Source: Octopus sinensis (lineage: Eukaryota). From it: DNA of 64,000 nt. Shown here in pieces: positions 38,319 through 52,148 of the stretch (positions are counted from its first letter, which is position 1; each line of letters begins with the position of its first letter). The notes below the pieces were generated by a model. It was not told where the DNA came from and made no database searches. It worked only from the letters and a program-made list of their open reading frames with translations. The stretch is taken from assembly GCF_006345805.1 (NCBI RefSeq), contig NC_042999.1, positions 21,948,001 to 22,012,000 on the forward strand. Direction: 5' to 3'. Made by a program: the position numbers and the translations under genes.

Positions 38319-38647
38319 GGATCTTTTCGGTTTAACCGGCAGTTTTTTCTAGCGACGTCATATGAAATTGTTACCCATAATTATGACCCTAGTATCGATC
38401 TATTGCATTTCAATCTGTTTTTGGGTTGGTTAGGGTTAGGGGAAAGGGTATCTTTTTTTCTTCACAAATGTAAATAAACCCAACCTGTTTCTTAAACGAG
38501 GGACATATTCATACGGCAAAGAATGTTTTTTACCTCAATAGACGTCATTGATTGGTTGAAATTGCAGAAATTGAAGAAAAAACAACAACAAATCCTTTAG
38601 TTACCTAGAAATTATGTTAAAAACTGCCGTTCAACCCGAAAAGATCC
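38319..38647. mobile_element. MITE with ~29-bp TIRs
   Basis: Left ggatcttttcggtttaaccggcagttttt versus reverse complement of right ggatcttttcgggttgaacggcagttttt. Confidence 0.8.
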
Positions 38648-39655
38648 GGATCAACTGCGAAGCTCTTCGTTGTAACCGACGGAGTTCCACTCTTGCTCAC
38701 ACGTACACATAGATTTACATACGCAAACGTACGCACTCACAAGTGACAATGGATTGCACAAGAAAATTAAGAGAAAAATGCAACACAAAACAAAACAAAA
38801 ATGGAACTTGAAATCTAATACACAGCCATGCTTGGATGTCTAGCGATACCATTAGCGCATTGAAAGAAAGAAGAAAAAAATAGTTTTACCTGCTTTCATG
38901 TAATTAAACAATTCGAGCTAATTGTGTCTTTATTTTGGTTTTGTAAACCACACACACAGAAACACACACAGGGACAGCGAGAGAAAGAGAGAGAGGAAAG
39001 ATCACTATCTTGTTAGGATTATTTTTTAGAATGTTTTCCTATGTTTATTCTGAGTCGCAAAGTGATTAGTAGTTATCGCTTTTAATTGCTAAAAGTCTCA
39101 ATTTGTCGTGTCGATAATGCGTTAGAGCATTGTCTAAAAGGTTAATGGTTTGCATCCCATCATGGGTACCAACACAACGTCATTGATATATATTTTTTTG
39201 CTTAGTCAAAAGAGTAAATCTAGCATCAAATAGATAAACAGGTAGGTGCTATGAGTAGGTTTACACCTGTAAGTAAATAATGCTATCGTTTAATTTGGTG
39301 GTTTTGTTTTGTTCAATTTCCTGTTCTGTGTATAACGCAAAGACAACAAGAGCGATGAACTTGACCAGGTTAAACTACTCTGTTATGTAATTAACGTAAA
39401 ATATTCAGCGTTACCTCTGCGATTCAATGAGCTGTGTGATTCACCTCAGGTCGAAGAGAAGACGAGAGTGTATGTTTTTTTTTTGTTTTTTTTTAATAAA
39501 TACGTGCGTGGGGGTAAGTCTGGCTTATGTCATTAGATTAGTGCTGTTGATTCGTATTCCTTATATGGGACATATCCACACGTAAACTATAGTTTCATAA
39601 ATCATCTCTCTATTCCAGTTAAATCCAACCAGTACTTTTATTCACACACACACAC

Positions 39656-39712
<57 letters not shown>

Positions 39713-40129
39713 ACACTTTGGTCTATGTATATATATACATGTGTATGTGTGTGTACACTTTGGTCTATATACATACATATATTCTTTTATTCTTTTCTTT
39801 TATTCTTCTACTTGTTTCAGTCATTTGACTGTGACCATGCTGGGGCACCGCCTTTTAGTCGAGCAAATCGACCCAGGACTTATTCTTTGAAAGCCTAGTA
39901 CTTATTCTATCGGTCTCTTTGCCGAGCCGCTAAGTTACGAGGAAGTAAACACACCAGCATCGGTTGTCAAGCGATGTTGGGGGGACAAACACATACACAC
40001 AAACATATACACACACGAATATATATATACATATGTATATATATATATATATATATATAAATTATATATAGGTGTGTGTGTATGTATGTGTATATATATA
40101 TATATATTATATACAGGTGTGTGTGTGTG

Positions 40130-40171
<42 letters not shown>

Positions 40172-40270
40172 ATATATATATGTGTTTGTGTGTGTGTATA
40201 TGCATATATATATGTGTGCGTATATATATATATGCATATATATATGTATTAGTATATATATGGATGTATG

Positions 40271-40304
<34 letters not shown>

Positions 40305-40982
40305 TGTATATATATTTATTAGTATATATATGTATATATATGTGTGTGTTTATATATGTATATGTGTGTATGTATGTATATATCAGTTCATTTTAATTGT
40401 TTATGTTTTGATATATCAAGAGGGAACATCCATTCGTTCCTCCTAATTCTTAAACTAAATATATATTTTATGAGCGTTGATAACTATATGGCCTCTTTAC
40501 AGTATATATATTATATCATCATCAAATCTATTCTAGGTTTCAATTCTGACATCCGACCCGTTATCAGTTCTTGTTTTTCGATATCTCTCCTTACTTTTAG
40601 ATTAAATTTTGACAAGACATAATTATTCTAAACTAGCGTTGGAAATTGAATGAGCTGATTTGCATACTTGGGAGATGTAATTTCCAAGGCAAATGATTCT
40701 CTCTAAGAACGTGTGTTTAAACTAAAACAATTAGGATGTAAATACACAAAAAGCTTCACTTAAATATTCATTATATTCTTTCATTCCATTATTCTTTTAT
40801 TCTATTATTCCCTTATTCTATTATTCTTTTATTTGTTTCAGTCATTTGATTGCAGCCATCCCGGAGCACCGCCTGTAGTCGAACAAATCGACCAAGAGAC
40901 TTATTTTTTGTGAGCCTTGGTATATATTATATCGGTCGCTTTTATCGAACCGCTAAATTACGGTAACGTAGACACACCAAGA

Positions 40983-41213
40983 TCTATTTCTTTACTACCC
41001 ACAAGGGGCTAAACACAGAAGGGACAAACAAGGACAGACAAACGGATTAAGTCGATTATATCGAACCCAGTGCGTAACTGGTACTTATTTAATCGACCCC
41101 GAAAGGATGAAAGGCAAAGTCGACCTCGGCGGAATTTGAACTCAGAACGTAACGGCAGAGGAAATACGGCTACGTATTTCGCCGGGCGTGCTAACGTTTC
41201 TGCCAGCTCGCCG
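40983..41213 (-). mobile_element. SINE family A nested in a family B SINE (40820-41445)
   Basis: Interrupts acaccagcatc/ggttg of the family B copy. Confidence 0.8.
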
Positions 41214-41674
41214 CTAAAATCGGTTGCCAAGCGATGTTTGGGGGGGGGGTACAAATACAGACACACAAACGCATATCTATAAATACTATGGGCTTCTTTC
41301 AGTTTCCAGTTACCAAATCAACTCACAAGGCTTTGGTCGGCCCACGGCTACAGAAGATGATTACTCATGTGCCACGCAGTGGGACTGAACCCGGAACCAA
41401 GTAGTTGATAAGCAAGCTTCTTACCACACAGCCACACTTGCTCCTATCAGAATTTTCTGCACCTCCTCCCGTCTCTCCTATCTCGTCATTTACATGTTTC
41501 TACTCTCGTTAGTGCAATGAAAATAGCAAATGTCAATGAGTCGCTAATATGCTTCTTTCACGCTATAAAATCTGAAATGTTGGAGGACTTTCCAAAATGG
41601 TTAGTGAAACACTATTATCAGCCAAGAATCAAAATATTTAAGCTACCACGACTAATCAGTGCCTGTTTTTATTT

Positions 41675-41868
41675 ACTCTTTTAATTGTTTCAGTCATTTG
41701 ACTGCGGCCATGCTGGAGCACCGCCTTTAGTTGAGCAAATCGACCCCAGGACTTATTCTTTGTAAGCCAAATACTTATTCTATCGGTCTCTTTTGCCGAA
41801 CCGCTAAGTTACGGGGATGTAAACACACCAGCATAGGTTGTCAAGCTATGGCGGGGTGGGACAAATAG

Positions 41869-41921
<53 letters not shown>

Positions 41922-42088
41922 CACACACAGGCTTCTTTCAGTTTCCTACTACCAAATCCACTCGCAATGCTTTGATTGGCCCGAGGCTATAGTAGAAGAT
42001 ACTTGCCTAAGGTGCCACGCAGTGGGACTGAACCCGGAACCATGTGGTTCGTAAGCAAGCTACTTACCACACAGCCACTCCTACGCCT
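41675..42088 (-). mobile_element. SINE family B, full length
   Basis: Complete copy about 175 bp inside the FAM167 intron from the donor. Confidence 0.85.
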
Positions 42089-42262
42089 ATTTGAGTACAT
42101 TCTTTTAAAAAGCAAGTTAATTTCGAATGAATTTCAACCAAACACGCTCCACAATTTACAATGGACTGTCACCATTTTAAAACCCTTTCTCGTCTAGCGG
42201 CATTTATGGAGATGTATAAAAGACAAAAAAAAGAAACAAACATAGATAAATGATATACTTAC

Positions 42263-42958
42263 CAATTCTGTTTTTATCCATCCTAAAGCGTTGTTTATTC
42301 CTTCTTTCCGATCATCGGTTAATTTTCCATCGGTTGCCTCGTTATAAGTTAAAGGAGGGAAGCGCGGAACCCCACTAGAACCAATATATTTTTCACACCA
42401 TTTCTGATAACTCTGTCTCCTAGTAGACAATTTTAAGCGGTTCGCCATTGCTTTGACGCCATCAAGACCAGGTGGGCTCGTTGGGTCGCCAAAATTGTAA
42501 AACTTGTCAAAATCCACGTAAGGTAGTTCCAAATGTGTATCACCATTGATATCGTTGTCATCAAATGAATCCCCTTTGTTATCATCGTTCTTCTTGCTCT
42601 GTACTTGATGGTTAATTGCATTGTTTGTTATTGATATAGGTTTAATACTTTTTGTGGAATGTGAAGTTTTATTATTATTATCGTTACTGCTATTAATCCC
42701 TGTTGTGATATCCCTATTTGTGGCGTTGACAGATTTTTTTTTCGTGTTGTTGGTGCTTTCGCCTTCCAAAATGGTTGGTAGTACCGGTGTCTTGGGCAAC
42801 GCAATACACGGGGATGGTGTTCGGTCACATGCTTTGTTATAGAGACCATCGTTGAAACGCTCATGTTCATTGATAATTGATAAAGTCTTTGGATGCTGCG
42901 GACGCATCTTTTCCGTTGTCATAACAGAACTGTTGCTATTCTGTGATGTCTGAAACAT
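42263..42958 (-). CDS. FAM167: FAM167-family protein, large coding exon (232 codons from first ATG; may extend further 5')
   Basis: The ORF ends in ...VKAMANRLKLSTRRQSYQKW...INNALGWIKTEL, matching the FAM167 motifs [20 protein letters not shown] and IDEAIAWLRKEL. A canonical donor TTG|gtaagt follows at 42262. The ORF-track start at 42979 is TTG; the first ATG is at 42958. Confidence 0.9.
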
Positions 42959-45900
42959 ATGCTGCTTTTCGGTACACAATGCCTGCTTCTTTCGGCCATT
43001 TTCGTCTGTTTTACAAGTATTGTTCGATTCTTTCTGTCGTGTAGACTGTGCGTTCCCGTGTCTATCGTCGCTGTTGCTCGAATGTTTCGAAGGGAATTCA
43101 AGGTAAACATCGCAAGGAATGTGATGACAGTTTGATGCAGACTCTATTCCTTGTTGACTATCCCTTCTTACTGCCAGTCTGCTCTCCGCGCCTAAAATTC
43201 CATAAACCTCTGCCGTCTTGAATTGTTGAAGTTACAGAAAGTATCGCGATAATTGTTCGGCAATAGAAATCTCTCCTGGTGAAGTACAAGTAGTATTACA
43301 TCTGAAATTGGAATGAGAAAAAAGAACGGTTAAATGAACATCTAAAACAAATAGTTTATGTAACATGATCTTTACACGTATGTACTTTAGACGAATAAAA
43401 TTTAAACGTAAGAGGAATAGAAACAAAGTGCATTAAAGAATATGTTTTTGCTTTCTTTAATCATTTTCGTAACGACTAAGCAGCACTAATGATAAGAAAA
43501 TATGTTTCTAAAGATTATGAGAGCTGGCGTAATGTTTTTTTTTATGGGGTTTTTCTTTTCTTTTTCTCTTGTATTTTGTAGTTTAAGGTTGAAAAGAAAA
43601 CATCTGCTATTCGATGAAGATATATATTCAGAGAACTAATCACGGCTGACTACAATGCAATAGATGCAAGCAGTAGTACAGGCAACCGCTGAAATATTGC
43701 AAACAGCAAATTTACTGCCAAAAATCTATTGTCATTAAAGAAGGACAGTATAAGAAACTGAAAGAAGACATAACATCTGCAGTAACAATTATCGAATCTG
43801 TTACAAAAAAAAAATGTGAGGAAAACCGTTGGGGGTTTTGTGACTGAAGGAGTGGGTTGCTAGAAAGGAAAGATAAAATATGACTTATTATCAGTACAAA
43901 AATATCATATTCTACAAACTCCATATTTTCAGAAGCTACAACACTGAATTATTTTGGTTATAGCATTATTCTGCATTCCACTTTTGTGAAATACTGTGAG
44001 TGTTTGAGATCTAATGCATTTTAGATTAAATTAATTACAGTAAATGTATTTTAATAGAAATAATGAGCGAACAGGCTTATTTCGTTTTTCTTGGATGCTA
44101 ATCAATAGAAGTGCTATTCTATTTTAATATGTTTATGCATCAAACTTGTCATACGCTAATTAATATTGATGTGCGTTCTCATAAATAAAACACAAACGCT
44201 TGAATTAAATACAGACTATTACTAAAATATTACATGAATTTAAATCGGGATTTTCAAACAGTTAAGAGACATTGTATTGGGCACACTTAGATTGTTACAT
44301 AAAGCTGCATTAACAAATAAGTTTAAATTTACTCACATTTTCAATGATAAACCAGAGGAACAGATTAACATTACATTTCGGCCAAGTATCAGGAGAGAAT
44401 AACAAACTTGTGCATCAGAGTTGCTTACGTAACAATAGTATAGATTAATGAAATCGCGTAATTTTTTTAGAGAATGTAAACCTTCCATTGGTATATTTGG
44501 CTTAAAACTACAGCAAGATATATAAAGAGATAGAATCCACGCAAATGAATTGCATAATTGACTGCGTTTAAGCTGTTGTTCTCCTGGGTTGGATTTCTAA
44601 ATCTCAGAAATATCGACCAGCGAATAAATATAAAGATTTTGATGAAATGGTAAATATTGAATCCTTTGTGTTAATTTCGATTATTTACTCCGCCAGCTAG
44701 ACTTATCTGTATGTGTTAGTCTAGATATCTAACTGAATCCAGAATAATGCTTATAATTAGATAAATTAGCTAATTTTCTTTTTAAATTTATAGGGTTCTT
44801 TTTTTAATTAAGAAACCTTTGAAAACATTTGCTTCGTGTGCTGTAATTGCTTAATCGATTACGTATACCGCCATCTAGCCTTATCTGTGTATGTATATAT
44901 ATATATATATATATATATTAGTCTAGATAATATAGCTGAATCCAAAATAATACTTATAATTAGATAAATTAGCTAATTTTGTTTTTAAATTAAGAAACCC
45001 TTGAAAACATTTGCTTCGTGCACTGCAATAGCTTAGTCCTGTCTCGTTATAATAATTCTTACTTCGAGAAAAGAATATGGGAAAATATATCACTGCTCAT
45101 GGTTGAGAAAACTACATCACAACACGATTTATACGCTTCAGAAAAAAAAAAAAAACATTGAATAAATGTCTTTGTACATATAATTTATAACTACGAGACA
45201 CTAATGCTTCTATTGTGGCTACGATTTCAAAACCCAGTTTTTTTTTGTTTACAGTGTTTACTAACATACGAATAATAAAGGAAATAGAGCGAACAGACAA
45301 TAGCAGTAGTTTGTTTTCTTTATATTTTATTTAAGTTTTATGATTATATTTATTTATCGTTATCTGCGAAAAGAAAAATTCCAATCATTCGTCCATTGTT
45401 ATTTATATATGTGTCTGTATATGTACGTTAGATCATATCTGTTTGTGCACGCGCATGAGTAAACGTACGTCTGTTCGCGTATTTGACTTCACTTTGTCTA
45501 CATTTTTTTTTTCTGGACTTTATTTATTATCCCATTTTGAAGTGTACTGCTCTAATTTATATTACATCTATGCCTCGTACTGTGATATCTCTTTTTTCTT
45601 CGTTTCCATAGAAACTAAGTTATTTTTATATGGATTGGCAGAATCGCTAAATGTCAGAACAATGCTTTACAGCTTTTGTTCTGACACTTTGAGTCTAAAT
45701 TATGTTGTGGCCGACGTCGCCACTCACCTTTCATCGTTCCGGGATTGATAAAATAAAATGCAAGATAGATTTAACTAACTAATCCCATTGCTCACATATT
45801 CCTCGTCTTCTACCTACGTTAAAATCGATAACTATTTAGGGCGCTGGATTGGAAGAATGTTTTAAGATGTCGAATAAAATGCTGTCTCTTTGAGATTTGA

Positions 45901-46115
45901 ATCAAATGGCACCGCTTTGGATTCTGAATTCAAATCTTGTGGAGATGAAATTTGATTGTCATCATGCCCTAGGCATATATATATATCTGTGTGGTTAATA
46001 AATTCCTCTTGCCGTTGCTGGTTTTCGGTTCAGTCCCACTGTGCGGCACATTGAACAAGTGGAGTTGATAGACGGAAGCTATTTGGGAGCATGTCATTAA
46101 GATATACATATATAT

Positions 46116-46278
46116 GTAGGAGTGGCTGGGTGGTAAGTAGCTTGCTTACCAACCACATGGTTCCGGGTTCAGTCTCACTGCGTGGCACTTTGGGCAGGTG
46201 TATTCTTCTATAGTCTCGGGCCGACCAAAGCCTCGTGAGTGGATTTGGTAGACGGAAACTGAAAGAAGCCCGTCGTAT

Positions 46279-46327
<49 letters not shown>

Positions 46328-46560
46328 TTGTGTGTATATGTTTGTGTGTCTGTATTTGCCCCCCCCAAAAAAAAAAAACATTGCTTGACAACCGATGCTG
46401 GTGTGTTTACGTCCCCGTAACTTAGCGGTTCGGCAAACGGGACCAAAAGAATAAGTACTAGGCTTACAAAGAATAAGTCCTGGGGGTCGATTTGCTCGAC
46501 TGAAGGTGGTGCTCCATCATGGCCACAGTCACATGATTGAAACAAGTTAAAAAGTAAAGG
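46116..46560 (+). mobile_element. SINE family B, full length
   Basis: Complete head to tail. Confidence 0.85.
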
Positions 46561-46939
46561 AGTAGGTGTTTATGTGTGTGTATGTTTGTGTGCCTCAGAA
46601 CCGATTGACCACCGGTGTTGGCGTGCTTACGTCCCCAGGAATTAGAAGTTTATCAAAAGGAATCTGTAGAAATGTACTATACTTAAAAATAAGTACTGGC
46701 ATCGATTTGCTTGGCTGAATCCTTCTGGGGATAACTCAGCGTGACTGATGCCGAGATCAAATTTGGTTTTCAACATTTGGGAGTCGATAGAATAAAGAAC
46801 CAATCAAGCATTGCTTCGTTATAATCGATTTTTCTCCGACCATTGTAATTATCATTATGTTACAAATACATTTTTATTGCCTTGCTAATTTCCCCTCTTG
46901 TTTTAAATTCCCAAATTGGTTCTTAGTCTTAACTCTTTA

Positions 46940-47331
46940 CTCTTTCACTTGTTTCAGGCAGTTGACTGCGGCCATGCTGGGGCATCGCCTTTATTCGAGC
47001 AATTCGACCCATAACTTATTCTTTGGAAACCTAGTACTTATTTTATCGGTTTCTTTTGCCGAACTGCTAAGTTACGGGGACGTAAACACACCAGCATCGG
47101 TTATCAAGCAATGTTGGGGGGACAAACACAGGCACACAAACATATACACACACATACATATGTATATATACGACAGGCTTCTTTAAGTTTCCGTCTACCA
47201 AATCCACTCACAAGGCTTTGGTCGGCCCGAGGCTATAGTAGAAGACACTTGCCCAAGGTGCCACAAAATGGGAATAAACCTGGAACCACGTGGTTGGTAA
47301 GCAAGCTACTTACCACACAGCCACTCCTGCA
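46940..47331 (-). mobile_element. SINE family B, full length
   Basis: Complete head to tail. Confidence 0.85.
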
Positions 47332-47338
47332 CCTTGTT

Positions 47339-47850
47339 TGGCCCAGTGATCAGGGCAGCGGCCTTGCGGTCGTAAGAACGCGGTTTCGATTCTCAGACCG
47401 GGCATTGTGAGTGTTTATTGAGCAAAAACACCTAAGCTCCACGAAGCTCCCACGCTGTACTGTTTCACCACAACTTTCTCTCACTCTTTCTTCCTACTTC
47501 TGCTACAAAGCAGAGGAACCATGGTGTAACCCACTATGGTGTGATAAACTTTTAGACCCTATTCTAGATTGCGAATCCTCTGTACCCCAGGATGGTTCAG
47601 CTCTCCACCTGTTAAAAGCCACCGTTTACGGAATAAGGGTAACAATGTAGCTTTCGCACCCGTGCAACCGCCAGTCTATCCCGTGGGTGGGTGGATCTTC
47701 AAGTTGCCACACGCATTCTTAGTAGCTTAGAGTAGGCTCGAATTAGAGATTATTCTTTGTGGCTAATGGTGTGAGTCCTGATTGGAAGAAGAAGAAGAAG
47801 AAGGAGAAGAAAAAAGATGAAGAAGAAAAAGAAGAAGAAGAAGAAGATCA
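47339..47850 (+). mobile_element. SINE family C head joined to an unrelated 3' segment ending in (GAA)n
   Basis: Family C sequence runs to about 47490, then unique sequence ending ctgattggaagaagaag. Confidence 0.55.
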
Positions 47851-49799
47851 GCTAATACACGCTACTGTTTCTGAATTTTATAATCGTCAGTACGCCTTTG
47901 TAAAATATAATCTTATTTTCTTAATTCCAATGAAAATACTGCCAAGAACAAAAGAGCAAAACGCCTACATCCACATATCCTTAGCTGACAGAGTTAGGAT
48001 TCCAGTGCAAAATATCTTGGCCATATGCATTATGTTTTTAAAAAAATTTTCCCCGGTAAAATCATTCGTAAACCGGTGTATAATATTTAACACTGAACTT
48101 AAGCTTTTTTTCTATTACACAGGTCACAGACTGTGAGATAATGCAATTGTTCTAATTAGAAGCGAAGTTAATGCGTGTGCAGGCTCTGTGATTAGTCACA
48201 GTTTGTAGAAAGCCAATTAGGTTCGATAAATTGGTTTTATTTTTAACTTTTAATTTGTTTAGATACCGATAAAACTAATTATTCAGGATTTTTTCCTCTT
48301 CTCCCTTTCTTTTCTTTTTGTTTATTTGGAGGATTTTTTAATACTCAGTTTTGTTATTTAATGTTATTAACCTGTCTATGTTTAAAACACTTTGGATTGT
48401 ATGTAAAACGACAATTTGATCTATAAAAGCTTATTTTGGTAGGGGTTTGTTGTTTTGAAGGGATGGATTTTATCCTGTGTTTTCGTTTGTGTTTGTTACT
48501 GCTCTTGCTACCCTTCGTTCTGCCTACATGGTTTTTGCAACAGAAAGAGTCGAATTCAGGCCAAAAAAACAGCGATATAACCTTCAATTTAACTATAATT
48601 CCTCCCGCCTACAGCAGTGAACCATTATCTTCACATTGTGTCTTAATTTACTGGGAAGAAATTATTTGGTATTGTATTTTTTCTCCGTAATAATGTTATT
48701 AACAGTCAACAACCACGTAAAAATAAACGCAAACACAATTATGGCTATTGTTGGTCGGGGTTAGTTTGATAATGACTGCAGTGTTGCTCTTGCGGTTAAA
48801 TTTGTTGGTAGCTATGGTGGTGAAGAGAGCAAATGATTATTATTTTATGGTTGTTTTCGTTGTTGTTTAACTCCAGGCCAATCTTAATCGAGTTGGAATC
48901 TAAGAACGAAAGCCATAAAAAAAATGGTCACATGACAACTCTAGTCAATGACTGATTTAATGTTTTACTTTGAGACTATTTCATTTAAGCTATTAAATAA
49001 AATGACTAATTTTTTTGCATACATATAATATCGTTATGGTATTTGTGATCAGTAGATGAACTGACACAAAGTAATCTAGTTTGTTTAATTAATTGAACTA
49101 GTATTTATGACAGTTAAAAAATGAAAATGTGAAGTTTATACTTTGCGATTTTCTTTTTCTGTAATGTTTCCCGTTCAGCTCAAACAAACATTCCTGCTGT
49201 GGCCATCTCATCTATTACTCAAACACAGTATCTGAAACTGGATTATTCAAAATATATCCATCCTTTTCCAAAATGGCAGAGTGCGATTTGGGAGGCAATA
49301 ACCCGCTATTTCGAGCAGACCATGCTGCCTGCTATTCCGATAACATTGCGTTAATTCCTCTAAAGCATTCCAATTAGGTCACATTGTCAGTTACTCGCTC
49401 GTCTTCAAATTTAAAGCCCAAAGATAGCTCTCTGAAAGCTGCTTTTATTATAATACAGCCATTTTAATTGTGTTGTACTTAATCAGTTTAATCATTTATT
49501 CTGTCGGCAGGTTCCTGATGTGCGTTTCTTAATAATATTTATTATGTGATAAACGATAATGTTATTGCAGCGAATTGTTACACACCGGACAGAATGCATT
49601 CAACTTATCCACTCCATCAACTATTGTATAAAGTAGTAGTAGTGGTAGTAGTAGTGGTAGTAGTAGTAGTAGTAGTAGTACGGTTATTTTATTATCCAAT
49701 GAGAGAGAGAAAGGCAGTGCCCGTGCCACTATCGGTTTTCAGAGACTCCAGACCTAAATGCTTGTAGCAGAGTAAATTCTGCTAAAGGTGGTGGTGTCG

Positions 49800-50052
49800 T
49801 TAATCTTCGCATTGTTTTAACCTTCAAATGACGCCACCCCGCTGGCTAAGCGAGCAGGCCAACAGAAGAAAGAGTGAGAGAAAGTTGTGGTGAAAGAGTA
49901 CTGCAGGGAGCACCACCATCCTCTGCCGGAGCCTCGTGGAGCTTTAAGTGTTTTCGCTCAATAAACACTCCCAACGCCCGGTCTGGGAATCGAAACCACT
50001 ATCCTACGACCGCGAGTCCACTGCCCTAACAACTGGGCCATTGCGCCTCCAC
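49800..50052 (-). mobile_element. SINE family C, tail type i (truncated)
   Basis: Matches head and body. Confidence 0.8.
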
Positions 50053-50439
50053 ATGAACGTAAATAACAGGAACAAATACCACCAAGTACTGTTTCCAACG
50101 CTCTAACATTTCGACCAACCAGCCTATATTCTCTACCCGAATGGATGAAGGACAAAGTCTGTCATCGCCAGGATTTGAACTCAGAGCGCAGAGAGCAAGA
50201 ACAAATACAGGAGGGCTAACGATTGTACCATGGCGACGATTTAGAATTGTTAGAACGTCGTCCAAAATGTTTATAGCATTTCTCCTGGTACTCTGCGTTA
50301 AGTTCAAACCCTGCTGTCATAAAATTTGCCTTTCATCTGTTCGGGGTCGATAAAATATAAGTACTAGTCATGTACTGCGGTCGATGTAATCGATTCGTAA
50401 TCGACCCGTCAATATTGTTGGCTTTAAACCCTGCAACAG

Positions 50440-50630
50440 ACCGGCGAACTGTTCGGAGTAAATGGTCTGATCTCAGTCACTTATAAGCCACTGAAACTGG
50501 GTAACCTCCCGGGGTTAACCTAGGGGTTAAGGAAAAGAAAGACAAAGAGTGTACCAGTTTATTGTGTAGTCAATTGTCTCGCGACAGACCCAACAGGAAT
50601 TTATCGATAATTACGTGTTCGATCTCGAAC
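50440..50630. repeat. Unclassified ~185-bp dispersed repeat, copy 1
   Basis: Aligns to 56256-56430 (ctgttcggagtaaatggtctgatctcagtcacttataagcc...cacgtgttcgatctc). Confidence 0.8.
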
Positions 50631-51928
50631 GAACCTGCGGGCGTCCTGCAAACAGTGGTTTCAAAATTTGACATAAGTCCAACAATTTTAAGGAAGGAGT
50701 TAAGTCAATTATACTGACATCCTTGCTCTACTGGCTCCTTTTTCATTGACGCGAAAAAGATGAAAGGCAAAATCGACTTCGGTGGAATTTGATATCAGAA
50801 CTGAAAGAACCGAAAAGAATGCCGCTAAACATTTTGATCGACGCACTAATGACTCTTCCAGTTCGGCAGCCACTTTTTATGCCAGTAATAAATACGTACA
50901 AGGTACAAGATTCTATGTAGTTAATCGGCTTGCTAAAAGTAGCAGCCAAATTTCTCCTATCACTTTATATCTTCTTAAATCGGTAAAGACATACTGAACA
51001 ACATAAACCTAGATATACAATAAGACAGTACTGTCACAATTTGAATGGTTTTAGCCATTTATCTGCTTGATCAAGGATGACCTAGGTTGATATACAACGG
51101 CATAAAATATGTTAAATGTCTCTCGCCTTCGTTAAACTACTGTTAAGCTTCACAGAGTGAAAACAATATCTTTTTTTTTTTAGGAGATAGAAACAGAATA
51201 TAAAGAAAACATTGCCAGAGAAATGTGCCAACATTTCTCAACCGAGCATTCATCATTTTAAATGCTTTGGTTATTTCATGTGTTATGTGTAAATTACATT
51301 AATGCATTTTATGTGGTGTCTAAAAAGTTTACAGTCATAAATGGAATGGAATGTTGCCATTATTGAATGTTGTATATGATGTAAAGTGCTGCTCTGTGTT
51401 GTTTGTATGCATGTGAAGATGGCGGAAGAATGAAGCTGTTAGCGTAGCGTTCAGTGGTATATGTTATTGAAGGTAACTTCTTATTGTTATTCAATAAGAG
51501 TTACAGTTGTTAGTCATTGTATTACTGTTGTTGTATTCAATAGTCCTTGTATGGTAATTGATTTTATTGTTTTTATTGTTTATTTTGCATGATATTATCT
51601 CGTGTGTTATATTGTATTGTTATTGTTTGTAAATCGTCTGTTTATTATTATTATTTGTTATTGTAAACGCCGAGGCTGACAAAAGGCGGCGGCGAGTTGG
51701 CAGAACCGTTAGAGAATGCGGTATTTCGTCCGACGCTTTATGCTCCAAGTTCAAAACCCAATCTTTTTCAGATCAGATAAAATGAAGTACCAGTCAAGTA
51801 CTGGGGTCGATAGATTCAGCTTACTTCCACGCACCAGATCTTCCGTATTTCTTATTGTTTAAGTGTAATTGTATGTCGAGGCTGACAAAAGGCAGCGGCG
51901 AGTTGGCAGAACCATTAGAGAATGCGGT

Positions 51929-52148
51929 GGCAGAAACGTTAGCGCGCCGGACGAAATGTTTAGCAGTATTTCGTCTGCGTTACGTTGTGAGTTCAAATTC
52001 AGCCGAGGTCGACTTTGCCTTTCATCCTTTCGGGGGTCGATAAATTAAGTACCAGTTACGCACTGGGGTCGATGTAATCGATTTAATACCTATGTCTGTC
52101 CTTGTTTGTCCCCTCTATGTTTAGCCCCTTGTGGGTAATAAAGAAATA
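51929..52148 (+). mobile_element. SINE family A inserted into an older family A-like copy, TSD ggt
   Basis: The empty paralogous site is visible at 51711-51740. Confidence 0.85.

Noticed and set aside
42194-42262. ORF-track C-terminus VSISFIYVCFFFLSFIHLHKCR of the 261-aa ORF
   Set aside because: Read-through into the intron past the gtaagt donor; the real continuation is the exon at 27718.
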